Shown: in pieces, positions 36,871 through 46,823 of the stretch
How positions within the stretch are numbered: the stretch's first letter is position 1
How the letters are laid out: the number at the start of each line of letters is the position of its first letter
Assembly: GCF_002087085.1 (NCBI RefSeq)
Contig: NZ_MWQY01000004.1
Coordinates: 62,001-126,000 of the forward strand
Direction: 5' to 3'
Length of the DNA stretch: 64,000 nucleotides
Program-made: the position numbers and the translations under genes
The notes under the pieces: model-generated
Seen by the model: only the letters and a program-made list of their open reading frames with translations
Told to the model about the DNA's origin: nothing
The model's database searches: none

Positions 36871-37414
36871 CTTTCCCCAACATGCGCCTGCCTGTTTTTA
36901 TCATTGTGTTTCTGGCCCGATGCAGCCGGGACTTGACAGTCCCTTCCGGAATTCCCATCAGTTCAGCCACATCCTTCAAGGAGTACCCTTCGATCTCCTT
37001 CAGTAAAATGAGACTGCGTTCTTCTTCCTTCATTCTGTTCAGGACCTTATATAAAAAATGACGGTCTTCAGCCTCCATACTGCCTTGTTCGGGACTCCAG
37101 GGTCCCGGGATCTCCGGCACAGCATAAACAAGATGCTTGCGCCTTTTGGCCAGAGACCGAAGATGATCGATTCCCTTGTTCCGTGTCAGGCGATACAGAT
37201 ACGTAGTGAACTCTGCCGCATGAGAAAAATTCTTCACCCCCCCGGCAAGGGCTATCAATACTTCCTGCTCCGTCTCTTCCGCCTCGTCAGGCCAGCCGCC
37301 AAAGACGCCAAAGATGATGCGCCGGATAAACCGCCGATGACGGGAGACGAGCATCTCGAATGCGACCTCGTCTCCCGAATCAATAAACTGTTTAATCAGG
37401 TCAGAGTCGGACAC
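36818..37414 (-). CDS. ECF RNA polymerase sigma factor
   Basis: GDEVAFE..., FTTYLYRLTRN, EGYSLKDVAELMGIPEGTVKSRLHRAR. Confidence 0.92.
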   Translation of the reverse strand: MSDSDLIKQFIDSGDEVAFEMLVSRHRRFIRRIIFGVFGGWPDEAEETEQEVLIALAGGVKNFSHAAEFTTYLYRLTRNKGIDHLRSLAKRRKHLVYAVPEIPGPWSPEQGSMEAEDRHFLYKVLNRMKEEERSLILLKEIEGYSLKDVAELMGIPEGTVKSRLHRARNTMIKTGRRMLGKDGEGNEMQRMEKDTKRA

Positions 37415-37420
37415 AGAATA

Positions 37421-37984
37421 CTATCGCCGCCCTGAAGACCCGGAGCCACCGGAGGAACCGGCATCACCTGAAGAACCGGACGACCCGGCCCCCCCGCCGC
37501 TTCCCGTTCCGGAGCTTTCACCGGAATTGCGGGATGAACGGGACTCCCTGTTTTCCGCCGGTTCATTGCCGGAGGGAATGTCTCCGGTACGAGTTGAAGT
37601 TTGCCGGCGATATTCATTTCGATATCGCAGGAATTCCATCCATTTCTCCTCGCCCAGCAGCCGACGCATTTCCATGGTTCGTTCAATATTCTGCATTTCG
37701 ACCTTCAGTTTCAACTCCAGGGACTCCCGAAGCAGCTCTTCTATCCGCTTCATATCCGGATTTCTGTCAAGCAGCATCCTTTCGAGTCGTGCCTGGAGTA
37801 TCTTCTGTTCCGCTCCTGCCGTAATGACGACATCGATCCTGTCCCTGTCCATATCCCGGAGCCGGTCTCTGGTTGCAGTGGACAGTCGAAGCCGGTCAAG
37901 GATTTGACTGTCCGGTAAATCCTGGGCTTCTGCAATGACGACAAATACCAGGAGAACTGCCATGAGGACAATAATTTTTTTCAT
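37421..37984 (-). CDS. Exported helical protein (Spy/CpxP/periplasmic sensor-like) with Gly/Ser-rich tail
   Basis: Signal peptide MKKIIVLMAV..AEA, LL..NPD..I, MRRLLGEEKW; SD GGAGG. Confidence 0.65.
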   Translation of the reverse strand: MKKIIVLMAVLLVFVVIAEAQDLPDSQILDRLRLSTATRDRLRDMDRDRIDVVITAGAEQKILQARLERMLLDRNPDMKRIEELLRESLELKLKVEMQNIERTMEMRRLLGEEKWMEFLRYRNEYRRQTSTRTGDIPSGNEPAENRESRSSRNSGESSGTGSGGGAGSSGSSGDAGSSGGSGSSGRR

Positions 37985-38018
37985 ATCCGTACACCTCCCA
38001 TTCAATGGAATCTGTACA

Positions 38019-38864
38019 TTAGTCGGTGGAGGGGCCCTCCAGGTTCCATAACTGATCGACTTTTTGTCCGAAAAACGAAGAACTGACAATTCTTCCCTTC
38101 ACCACATCCAATCGGATACTCCGGTCTTCGAAAAGAAGATCAAAGGCGAAACGGGGCGTCCGGCCGAAGATCCACTCCCAGGAGGAGAACTCTTCCATCC
38201 TGTGCCGGCTGTTGCGGTAAAGCTCAGCTTCCGGCGGGATCTCCTCCCACACACCGCGGTTGAAGCTCTGCACCAGGGTATGGATGACATGCTCGACTCT
38301 GAGCTCCGGAACCACCTGGTTCAGGCAGAGCACCGGCGACCTGACCGAAGCCACACCCTTCCCCTCGATTCCGGGAAAACTCGGTTTGAGGGCGGAACTC
38401 AGAAGGGAGAGGTCCGAGGAGATCAACAGGGTCCCGTGGTGCAGGGCCTTCTCCTTTGTAAGGCGATAGGCGCTGCCGGAGAATTTTTTTCCCCCCGCCA
38501 CCAGGTCGTTTCTCTCGGTCACCTCAGCGGAGATTCCCAGCTTTGCCAGGGATTCGATGATCCGGCGGGAGTTCTGAACCTTGTCATAGCCACGGCGAGG
38601 CTGAATAAAGGTGTAATTCAGGTTTCCGGGATCGTGGTAGACCGTCCCGCCGCCCGTGTAGCGCCGGACCAGGGGCATTCCATATCGCCGCAGAACCCGC
38701 AGATCGGCCTCAAGAAAGGGGTTCTGGGATCGGCCTATCACCACGCAGGGCCGGTTCACATACAACAGCAGCATCTCTTGATTCGGATCACAGCTTTCAA
38801 AGAGAAAACGCTCCGCCGCCAGATTGGCAAAGGGGTCCCCGGACCCCAGCAGGAGGACCCGCAT
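38019..38864 (-). CDS. lplA: Lipoate-protein ligase A family
   Basis: DPFANLA, VVIGRSQN, RRYTGGGTVYHD, KKFSGSA, HHGTLL. Confidence 0.9.
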   Translation of the reverse strand: MRVLLLGSGDPFANLAAERFLFESCDPNQEMLLLYVNRPCVVIGRSQNPFLEADLRVLRRYGMPLVRRYTGGGTVYHDPGNLNYTFIQPRRGYDKVQNSRRIIESLAKLGISAEVTERNDLVAGGKKFSGSAYRLTKEKALHHGTLLISSDLSLLSSALKPSFPGIEGKGVASVRSPVLCLNQVVPELRVEHVIHTLVQSFNRGVWEEIPPEAELYRNSRHRMEEFSSWEWIFGRTPRFAFDLLFEDRSIRLDVVKGRIVSSSFFGQKVDQLWNLEGPSTD

Positions 38865-40999
38865 CAGGCTTCCCGGACAGCCGCAGCGCCGCTGTACTGG
38901 AGCCGGTACAGGTTGTAGTAGAGTCCTTTAAGGGCGATAAGCTCTTCGTGCTTCCCCTGCTCCACCAGGTGTCCATGGCTCAGGACCAGGATACGGTCCG
39001 CATTTTTTATGGTGGAGAGACGGTGGGCGATTACCAGGGAGGTGCGTCCTTCCAGCAGCACCTTGAGGGCGCTCTGTATAAGCCGCTCCGTTTCGGTGTC
39101 CACGTTGGAGGTCGCTTCATCAAGGATCAGGACCCGGGGATTCTGGGCGATAACCCGGGCGAAAGAGATCAGCTGCTTCTGCCCGGTGGATATGTTGCTA
39201 CCCCTCTCCTGCAGCATGGTATCGTAGCCCTGGGGCAGCTTCTCGATAAAACTATGGGCGTTTACCATCCTTGCCGCTTCTATGACCTCCTCCCGGGGAA
39301 TCGGGGCGCCCAGGGTAATGTTTTCCTCGATGGTTCCGGAAAAAAGGAACACGTCCTGCTGCACCGGCTGAATAAGACTCCGCAAGGCTGCCAGGGAGAG
39401 ATCCCTGATGTCCATCCCGTCCAGGAGGATCCTGCCTTTCTGGATGTCCCAGAAGCGGGTCAGCAGGTTCGCGATGGTTGTTTTACCTGCTCCGGTGTAA
39501 CCCACAACCGCCACGGTCTCCCCCGGATTCACCGAGAAAGAGAGATTCTTGAGCACCGGTTCATCGGGAACGTAGGCAAAATCGACTCCCTGGAACTGCA
39601 GTTCACCCCTGACATCCCCGGTATTATGCATCTGCCGGGTTCCCATGTCCGGTATTTCCTGCCGGGTATCCAGGATTCCGAAGATCCGTTCCCCCCCGGC
39701 CATGGCGGACTGCATGATGGTGAACTTTTCCGAGAGATCCATAACCGGCTGGTAGAACATCCTGATCAGGCTGATAAAGGCTATCAGCACCCCCAGGGAG
39801 ACCGAAAGCTCCACGAACATTCCGGCACCATAATAGAGAATCACCCCGGTGGAAATGGTGGTAAGAAAATCGATGGAAGCCCGAAATGGGGCGAACACGA
39901 AAAGCTCCTTCATGGAGGCGTCGTAAAGCTCGTCGTTCCTCTGGTTAAAAGCCTCTCCCACAGCTTTTTCCCGGCCGAACATCTGCACAACCTCCATTCC
40001 GGAAAGGTGTTCGGAGAGATAGGCGTTGACCTTCGCCACACCGGAGCGTACAAGGCGGTAGGCCTCCCGGGCTTTGACCCGGAAGTAGAGGGTCGCGATA
40101 ATCACCGGGGGCAGAGTGAATACGGTAATGGTGGCAAGCCGGGGATTCATCAGATAGAGGGTTACCACGACCCCTATCATCAGGCTGAAGTTCTTGATAA
40201 AGGAGATCGCAACGGTGGCGAAGAGTTCGTTGATGGTATCCACGTCGCTGGTCAACCGGGACACGAGACTCCCCACCGGGGTCCGCTGCAGGTAGGCCAG
40301 GGACTGACGGAGCAGATGACCCAGCAGGGACAGCCGTAAATCCCGCATTACGTTCTGCCCCAGGGCTGCCATGATATAGATCTGCAGGAAGGTAAAGACC
40401 AGGTTGCCCCCCAGGAGTCCCAGGTAAAACCAGGCATTACCGGCAATTCCAAGGCGGTCCGCGCGCCTGAGCAGTCTTCGTTCCCCGGCATCGAAGGAAT
40501 TCAGCACTTCCCTGGTAAGGGCGAAGCCTCCGCCTTCCCGCTGAATCCCGTTTCTGTCCGGATCCAGCAGTCCCAGTACCCGACCCCATTCCTCCGAAGA
40601 ATAATCTTCAGGCAGGACAAGATACCACCCACCCTCCTCCAGGGCGCCGGCATCCCGCAGGCGGCGCTTCTCCTCCCCCGAAAGGGACGAGGCGATATCC
40701 TGGGGCAGATATACGCGTCCGTCATTGCCGGCGACAACAGCAGGATCATCAAGACGTGCCTTGAGTCCGGCCCCTTCGGCTCCGCTGTCCTTTTGGGGAC
40801 TGTAGCGCAGGTAGTAGCCCATTATATGCCGGTCGATGGCCCGCTGCAGCACCACGGGACCGGCGAGTTCTGCAACTGTGGCCGCCAGCAGAGCGATAAC
40901 GGCAACCAGGGCAAGGGCCTTGTAGGGTTTCAGGTACCCCGCAAGACGGCGGACGATCTTCCAGTCGAAGGCCTTTATTTGAAGCTCCCCGCTCCTCAT
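38864..40999 (-). CDS. ABC exporter subunit (MdlB-like) with a large insert after TM1
   Basis: TMD + NBD; GYTGAGKT, ISTGQKQ, LDEATS. Confidence 0.9.
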   Translation of the reverse strand: MRSGELQIKAFDWKIVRRLAGYLKPYKALALVAVIALLAATVAELAGPVVLQRAIDRHIMGYYLRYSPQKDSGAEGAGLKARLDDPAVVAGNDGRVYLPQDIASSLSGEEKRRLRDAGALEEGGWYLVLPEDYSSEEWGRVLGLLDPDRNGIQREGGGFALTREVLNSFDAGERRLLRRADRLGIAGNAWFYLGLLGGNLVFTFLQIYIMAALGQNVMRDLRLSLLGHLLRQSLAYLQRTPVGSLVSRLTSDVDTINELFATVAISFIKNFSLMIGVVVTLYLMNPRLATITVFTLPPVIIATLYFRVKAREAYRLVRSGVAKVNAYLSEHLSGMEVVQMFGREKAVGEAFNQRNDELYDASMKELFVFAPFRASIDFLTTISTGVILYYGAGMFVELSVSLGVLIAFISLIRMFYQPVMDLSEKFTIMQSAMAGGERIFGILDTRQEIPDMGTRQMHNTGDVRGELQFQGVDFAYVPDEPVLKNLSFSVNPGETVAVVGYTGAGKTTIANLLTRFWDIQKGRILLDGMDIRDLSLAALRSLIQPVQQDVFLFSGTIEENITLGAPIPREEVIEAARMVNAHSFIEKLPQGYDTMLQERGSNISTGQKQLISFARVIAQNPRVLILDEATSNVDTETERLIQSALKVLLEGRTSLVIAHRLSTIKNADRILVLSHGHLVEQGKHEELIALKGLYYNLYRLQYSGAAAVREA

Positions 41000-42804
41000 G
41001 CCGATTCCTCCTCTTCAAGGCGCTGGAGATTCGCGATCTCCGCGTAGAAGCCCTCCCTGGCGATCAGCTCTTCGTGGGTTCCGGCCTGTACAATGGCCCC
41101 CTCTTCGAGAACAATAATGTGGTCCGCAAATTTCAGGGTCGACACCCGGTGGGATATGAGAATATTGGTCTTTCCCCTGCGGAGGTCGATGAAGCCCTCC
41201 AGGATGCTCTCCTCGGTGGAGGTATCCACCGAGGCCAGGGCATCGTCGAAGACAAGGATCTCAGGCTTCGTGAGCAGGGCCCGGGATATGGCAATGCGCT
41301 GTTTCTGACCTCCCGAGAGGGTTATTCCCCGCTCCCCGACCTCGGTCTCGTAGCCATGAGGAAAAAGTCGTATATCCCGGCTGATGGTGGAGGCCTCCGC
41401 CGCCGCTTCCACGGCTTCCCGGGGGGCATCGTCAACACCGAAGGCTATATTGTCGCTCAGGGTGCTTGAAAACAGAAAAGTCTCCTGGGGAACGATACCG
41501 AAGGAACTCCTCAGACTGGAGAGTTCATACTCCCTGACGTCCCTGCCCGAGATAAACACCGTTCCCGGAGGCGTATCCAGAAGCCTGGGGAGCAGCCGTA
41601 TAAGGGTGCTTTTCCCGGATCCCGTGCGGCCCAGAATACCCAGGGTCTGTCCCGGACGGACCGTAAAGGAGACATTCCGCAGGGCGGGAACGCGGGAACC
41701 GGGATAGGTGAAACTCAGGTCCCGTACCTCGATTGGACCGGCCTGGGGACAGCAGACGCCCTCCTCCGGGGAACGGATCTCCGGCTCTTCCCGGAGAATC
41801 GCGTTGATCCGGGCCAGGGACGCCCCTCCACGCTCCAGCATATTGACGGTAAATCCCATCCCCAGCATGGGCCAGATCAGCATTGCAAGATAACTCATGG
41901 CGGCTACAAAATCACCGGGACTCATGCCCCCCTCAAGAACCGACATCCCCCCGAAACGCAGCAGCAGGAGGGTTACAATGCCGCCGAGAAAGTGAATCAT
42001 CGGAAAGGCAAAACCCCACAGGCGTACCAGGGCCAGGTTCCGGTGCTTGTAGTCTTCGTTCTTGCCGGAGAATACCTTGAGATTGGAATCCTCCCGGACA
42101 AAGGCCTTCAGAACGAGGATTCCGCTCAAAGCCTCCTGCACGTGACTGCTCAACGAGGCATAGCCCTCCTGAACGGCCTTGAAAAGACGCCCCAGAAAAC
42201 GCCCAATCCCCAGTACCTGCAGGGTAATCAGCGGAAAGGGGGCAAGCACGATCAGGGCAAGCTGGGGAAACTGGAAAACAATAATCGCGATAATGAACAG
42301 GGTCATGAAAAGACCGTCGAAGAGGGCCACGAATCCCATTCCCGAGGCCATGCGTACATGGTGCATGTCGCCGGTTGCCCTGGCCATAAGATCGCCGGTG
42401 GAGATTCGTCCGTAGAAGGATGGGGAAAGGGTCAGCAGATGCCCGAACAGTCGGGCTCGAAGTCTCTTTTCGATTTTCCGGGAGGCCCCGTGAATATAGT
42501 AGCGCCATCCGAAGCGTCCCACCGCCACCAGAAAAGCAATACCAACCATGAAAAGAACCTTCATACCCACCAGGGAGAGGTCCACATTCCCGGCGGATAT
42601 ATGGTCGATCACCGATCGGATAAGCTGGGGAAGATAGAGCTGCCCCGCGTCTGTGATAAATAAAAAGAGAAAGCCCATGGCATAGCGTCCGGCATAGGTT
42701 TTGTAATAGGGAAGCAGGGTACGAAATTCCTTCAGCATCGCGTGTTGTATCCTCAAATCGGTCGTATCGAGCGCCATCGGCAGGGCGATTTTCTTTATGG
42801 GCAC
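40996..42804 (-). CDS. ABC exporter subunit (MdlA-like)
   Basis: TMD + NBD; GRTGSGKS, LSGGQKQR, FDDALASVD. Start is either GTG 42804 (leaderless) or ATG 42738. Confidence 0.9.
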   Translation of the reverse strand: MPIKKIALPMALDTTDLRIQHAMLKEFRTLLPYYKTYAGRYAMGFLFLFITDAGQLYLPQLIRSVIDHISAGNVDLSLVGMKVLFMVGIAFLVAVGRFGWRYYIHGASRKIEKRLRARLFGHLLTLSPSFYGRISTGDLMARATGDMHHVRMASGMGFVALFDGLFMTLFIIAIIVFQFPQLALIVLAPFPLITLQVLGIGRFLGRLFKAVQEGYASLSSHVQEALSGILVLKAFVREDSNLKVFSGKNEDYKHRNLALVRLWGFAFPMIHFLGGIVTLLLLRFGGMSVLEGGMSPGDFVAAMSYLAMLIWPMLGMGFTVNMLERGGASLARINAILREEPEIRSPEEGVCCPQAGPIEVRDLSFTYPGSRVPALRNVSFTVRPGQTLGILGRTGSGKSTLIRLLPRLLDTPPGTVFISGRDVREYELSSLRSSFGIVPQETFLFSSTLSDNIAFGVDDAPREAVEAAAEASTISRDIRLFPHGYETEVGERGITLSGGQKQRIAISRALLTKPEILVFDDALASVDTSTEESILEGFIDLRRGKTNILISHRVSTLKFADHIIVLEEGAIVQAGTHEELIAREGFYAEIANLQRLEEEESA

Positions 42805-42905
42805 CTTTAAATGTAGCCAATGCGCCCCGTCCCGTCAATTTACCGGGAATCATTTACCGGCCCCTTGACGAAAAATGTAAAACGGTTCAGGATTCGCCAT
42901 AAATA

Positions 42906-42923
42906 CCGTGAAATATTTCACAG
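42906..42923. promoter_or_regulatory. Rex operator upstream of rex (autoregulation)
   Basis: CCGTGAAATATTTCACAG with perfect core palindrome GTGAAATATTTCAC. Confidence 0.75.
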
Positions 42924-42938
42924 GTCAAGGGGGCTTTA

Positions 42939-43580
42939 ATGAAAAGGACCCTCCCGCTTCCCAGCCTGGAACGCTTGTGCGGGATCTACGGACTGCTGGA
43001 CAGTCTGCCGGAGACACTGGGCAACCGGGTTTCCTCCAGGGAACTTGGCCGCGCCATCGGCCAGACAGCGGAAACCGTACGCAAGGATATTGCCCACATG
43101 AAGGCGGATATTGTTTCGGCGGGAGGATACGATCCGGCGGAACTCAAAGGGGCGATCGCTTCCTACCTGGGTCTTCAGGAGCCCCGCAGGGCCTGTATTG
43201 CAGGACTCGGCAGGCTGGGGCAGGCGATTCTGCGCTATCCGGGATTTCAGGACGCCGGAATCGAGATATGTGCCGGTTTCGACAGTGACACGAACAAGCT
43301 GGAACTCCTTGCCTCGCCGGTGCCCCTGCTGCCCTCGTACCGGATTACCGAGTATGTTCAGAAAGAGAAGATCAGCCTGGGTATCATCGCCGTTCCTCCC
43401 GATCAGGCCCAGATTACAGCTGACCGCCTGACCGCAGGGGGCGTCCGGGGAATAGTAAATTTTACCGTTCCCGTTTCGGTACCTGAGACTGTGAACATGC
43501 GTCATGTTTCCGTTCTTGACGAATTACGTATTCTGGCCGCCCTGGCGGACGGCGCGGATCAAAACATACAGGAGAAATGA
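42939..43580 (+). CDS. rex: Redox-sensing transcriptional repressor Rex
   Basis: PSLERL..Y, VSSRELG..ETVRKD, GLGRLGQA, GIIAVP..AQ, GIVNF. Confidence 0.9.
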   Translation: MKRTLPLPSLERLCGIYGLLDSLPETLGNRVSSRELGRAIGQTAETVRKDIAHMKADIVSAGGYDPAELKGAIASYLGLQEPRRACIAGLGRLGQAILRYPGFQDAGIEICAGFDSDTNKLELLASPVPLLPSYRITEYVQKEKISLGIIAVPPDQAQITADRLTAGGVRGIVNFTVPVSVPETVNMRHVSVLDELRILAALADGADQNIQEK

Positions 43581-43581
43581 T

Positions 43582-44754
43582 ATGCACAAGATTCTGACCC
43601 TCAACAAGATTGCTTCCAAAGGTCTGGACCTCTTTTCCAGGGACCTCTACGAGGTAGCTTCCGAGATAGGCCACCCGGACGCGATCATCGTCCGAAGCCA
43701 GGACATGCACTCCTTCGAGATCCCGGAAACCGTAAAGGCCATCGCCCGGGCCGGTGCCGGGACCAATAATATTCCCGTGGATACCTGTTCTCAGCGGGGA
43801 ATTGTGGTCTTCAACACCCCGGGGGCTAATGCGAATTCCGTCAAGGAGCTCACCCTCACCGGGATGTTCCTCGCCTCCCGTAAAATATTCCGGGGCATGG
43901 AATGGGTAAAGAGCCTTGTCGGAAGAGGAGACGAGATTCCCGCCCTGGTGGAAAAAGGGAAGAAGGAGTTCACCGGCAACGAAATCCGCGGCAAGAAGCT
44001 GGGGGTAATCGGGCTGGGGGCCATAGGCGTTGACGTGGCCAACGATGCCGAACGCCTGGGGATGATCGTCAGCGGCTATGACCCCTTCATTTCGGTGGAA
44101 GCAGCCTGGGGACTCTCTCCCAGCATTAAAAAAGCTGAAACCCTGGAAGCCCTGATCTCCGAATCCGATTATATCAGCGTCCACATACCCCTGAACGATC
44201 AGACCAGGGGAATCCTTAACCGGGAGCGCTTTTCCAGGATGAAGAGAGGTGTGAAGGTGCTGAACTTCTCCCGGGGAGGACTGGTGAACAACACCGACAT
44301 GCTGGAGGCGATTCAAGCCGGTATTGTGGACCGCTACGTTACCGATTTTCCCGACGACAGCCTTCTCAGGGAGGAAAACGTAATCGCCATTCCCCACCTG
44401 GGAGCTTCCACACCGGAGGCGGAGGAAAACTGTGCCGTAATGGCTGCCCGACAGCTGATCACCTTCCTGGAAACCGGGAACATATTGAACTCCGTCAACT
44501 TTCCCGACTGCTCCATGCCCCTGACGACGGGTACCCGGATCATCATCGGCAACAGAAACATCCCCAACATGGTCGGACAGATTACCACCATTCTTGCCGA
44601 GGAGTCCATGAATATTTCGGAAATGATAAACCGTCACAAGGACGGCTACGCCTACAACATCATCGACGTCGAATCCCCGGGGACGGATGCCCTCCTGACA
44701 AAACTTAAGGGAATCGAAGGGGTCGTTATGGCCAGGATTATCGATAAAAAGTAA
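43582..44754 (+). CDS. serA: D-3-phosphoglycerate dehydrogenase family with C-terminal ACT domain
   Basis: ARAGAGTNNI, TPGANANSVKE, GLGAIG, NFSRG, PHLGAST, NIPNMV. Confidence 0.85.
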   Translation: MHKILTLNKIASKGLDLFSRDLYEVASEIGHPDAIIVRSQDMHSFEIPETVKAIARAGAGTNNIPVDTCSQRGIVVFNTPGANANSVKELTLTGMFLASRKIFRGMEWVKSLVGRGDEIPALVEKGKKEFTGNEIRGKKLGVIGLGAIGVDVANDAERLGMIVSGYDPFISVEAAWGLSPSIKKAETLEALISESDYISVHIPLNDQTRGILNRERFSRMKRGVKVLNFSRGGLVNNTDMLEAIQAGIVDRYVTDFPDDSLLREENVIAIPHLGASTPEAEENCAVMAARQLITFLETGNILNSVNFPDCSMPLTTGTRIIIGNRNIPNMVGQITTILAEESMNISEMINRHKDGYAYNIIDVESPGTDALLTKLKGIEGVVMARIIDKK

Positions 44755-44804
44755 AAGTCCGCTTGACCGTAACAGTCGGGTCCGCCTATGCTGAGAACCG
44801 AAGA

Positions 44805-46757
44805 ATGGAAACACAGGGCCCGACGTATCGGAAAAAACAGGAAACCACCGGATCCGGGGCCGCTTCAAAAGAACGGCCCTCCAGTCCCTTTCCGGGTATC
44901 TCCTTTGATCTGGAACTGGACGCGGACGGTACCGCCCGGGTGCTTGATGTCGGTCCGCTGCCGGACCTCATCACCCGGATGTCTCCGGACCCTGTGGCAG
45001 CGTTAGGCTCTCTGCTGGGGGAACACTGGAACCGGCTGATCCGCCTGGCGAAGGACACGGCAGCAACAGGTATTCCGGGGGTGGTCGACATTCCCCTGGA
45101 TGTGTCCCGGGAAAATAAAGAGGAACCCCGCTGGTTTATGCTTTCCACCTCCCCGGACCTGTCACACCCCGGAAGCGGGAAGATCCACGCACTCCTGCTG
45201 GACATTCACCAGGAACATGCGGCCTCGGAAGACCTGGTAAGGGCCAAAGAGGCGGCGGAACAGGCAAACCGGACCAAGACGGAATTTCTTGCCAATATCA
45301 GCCACGAACTCAGGACGCCCCTGAACGGTATCATCGGCATGACAGACCTGCTGCTGGAAACCGAACTGAGCAGCGAACAGGCCGAGTTTGCCCGTACGGT
45401 AAAGATTTCCAGCGATTCCCTGGTGGCCATAATCAGCGATATCCTTGACCTCTCCAGGATTGAAGCGGGAAAGCTGATCACCATCGACAAATCCTCCGTC
45501 AACCTCTACAGCCTGGTCCGCAGTGTCTGTGAAACCCTGCTCCCCGCGGCGGAGAGTGCCGGGCTGGACCTGCTTTTTTATTATGATCCGGGACTCCCTC
45601 TGGAATTTCTCGCCGACAATGCCCGGCTGAAACAGATTCTGTACAACCTTGTGGGCAATGCCGTCAAGTTCACCCCCGAGGGATACATCATGGTAAAAGT
45701 CGAAGCAGGAGACTCCAGACATCCTCAGAGGGGAATCCGATTCAGTGTTATGGATACCGGGATAGGAATACCCGAGGACAAGCATGAGCTGATTTTCGAA
45801 AAATTCAGTCAGGTCGACGCCTCCATAACCAGACGTTACGGCGGTGCGGGTCTCGGACTGCCCATAAGCCGCTCCCTCATCGAGGTTATGGGAGGGACCC
45901 TGAAGCTTGAAAGCCGGGAGGGAGAAGGATCCAGATTTACATTCACCCTTCCCCTGGACAGTGCACCGGGGAGCGCCCTGTTCGGGGAGCTTCTTGATCT
46001 GAAACAGGCGAGGATCGCTCTACTCTGCAAAAACCGAAGAACGGAGGAGCTCTACGCATCCTATTTCCGTGCATGGAAAGGCAGCCCCGTTATCTTGAAC
46101 AAGAATGAATTATCCCGGGAAAAATGGACCCTTCTGCTCACCGATTTGGCTGCGGAGGAGCTTGAAGCCCTCATGCCGGGTCTGTCGGAGGTGGAAATGC
46201 TGATAATCATCTCCGACATTCGAAGTATCCATACCTACGGAAAAATCGGCCTGAAAAACAGCATTATAACAAATCCGCCTTTCGACCTGCTGAGGATCGT
46301 GGAGTCCCTGACAGGGAATAAAGCATGCGAGACCTTCCTGAGCTCCAGGGTTCCCGACAGCCCCCCGACCTTCCGCAGGATACTGATCGCCGAGGACAAC
46401 GAGATCAACCAGGACGTACTGTCAAAGATCTTTGAGCGTTTTGGATGCAGTGTAACCCTGGCCAATGACGGAGACCAGGCCCACCGGATCTGGAGCAGGA
46501 GTACCTTTGATGCGATTTTTATGGACTGCCAGATGCCCGGAGTGGACGGACTCGAGGCCACCCTCCGGATTCGTTCGGAAGAACCAGAGGATCAGCACGT
46601 TCCAATAATAGCCCTCACCGGCCATGCCATGCCGGGTGACCGGGAACGTTTTTTATCCGTCGGAATGGACGATTACCTCAGCAAGCCGGTGAGCGCCGCA
46701 GACCTGAAAGAGGCGCTGGAACGCTGGACACGGCAGGCGGCGGAGAAAACTTCCTAG
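44805..46757 (+). CDS. Hybrid sensor histidine kinase/response regulator
   Basis: FLANISHELRTPLNG, NLVGNAVKFT, DTGIGI, GAGLGL; C-terminal REC (AEDN, MDCQMP); start uncertain. Confidence 0.92.
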   Translation: METQGPTYRKKQETTGSGAASKERPSSPFPGISFDLELDADGTARVLDVGPLPDLITRMSPDPVAALGSLLGEHWNRLIRLAKDTAATGIPGVVDIPLDVSRENKEEPRWFMLSTSPDLSHPGSGKIHALLLDIHQEHAASEDLVRAKEAAEQANRTKTEFLANISHELRTPLNGIIGMTDLLLETELSSEQAEFARTVKISSDSLVAIISDILDLSRIEAGKLITIDKSSVNLYSLVRSVCETLLPAAESAGLDLLFYYDPGLPLEFLADNARLKQILYNLVGNAVKFTPEGYIMVKVEAGDSRHPQRGIRFSVMDTGIGIPEDKHELIFEKFSQVDASITRRYGGAGLGLPISRSLIEVMGGTLKLESREGEGSRFTFTLPLDSAPGSALFGELLDLKQARIALLCKNRRTEELYASYFRAWKGSPVILNKNELSREKWTLLLTDLAAEELEALMPGLSEVEMLIIISDIRSIHTYGKIGLKNSIITNPPFDLLRIVESLTGNKACETFLSSRVPDSPPTFRRILIAEDNEINQDVLSKIFERFGCSVTLANDGDQAHRIWSRSTFDAIFMDCQMPGVDGLEATLRIRSEEPEDQHVPIIALTGHAMPGDRERFLSVGMDDYLSKPVSAADLKEALERWTRQAAEKTS

Positions 46758-46823
46758 AGCTTACCGGAGACCGATCCCCCACCCGCTTGCCCCCCCGTCC
46801 CTTCCGTGGTAGCATTGCGTTCT

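Noticed and set aside
37430..37530. Short GC-rich quasi-repeats
   Set aside because: Encode the Gly/Ser low-complexity tail; no constant repeat-spacer structure, so not CRISPR
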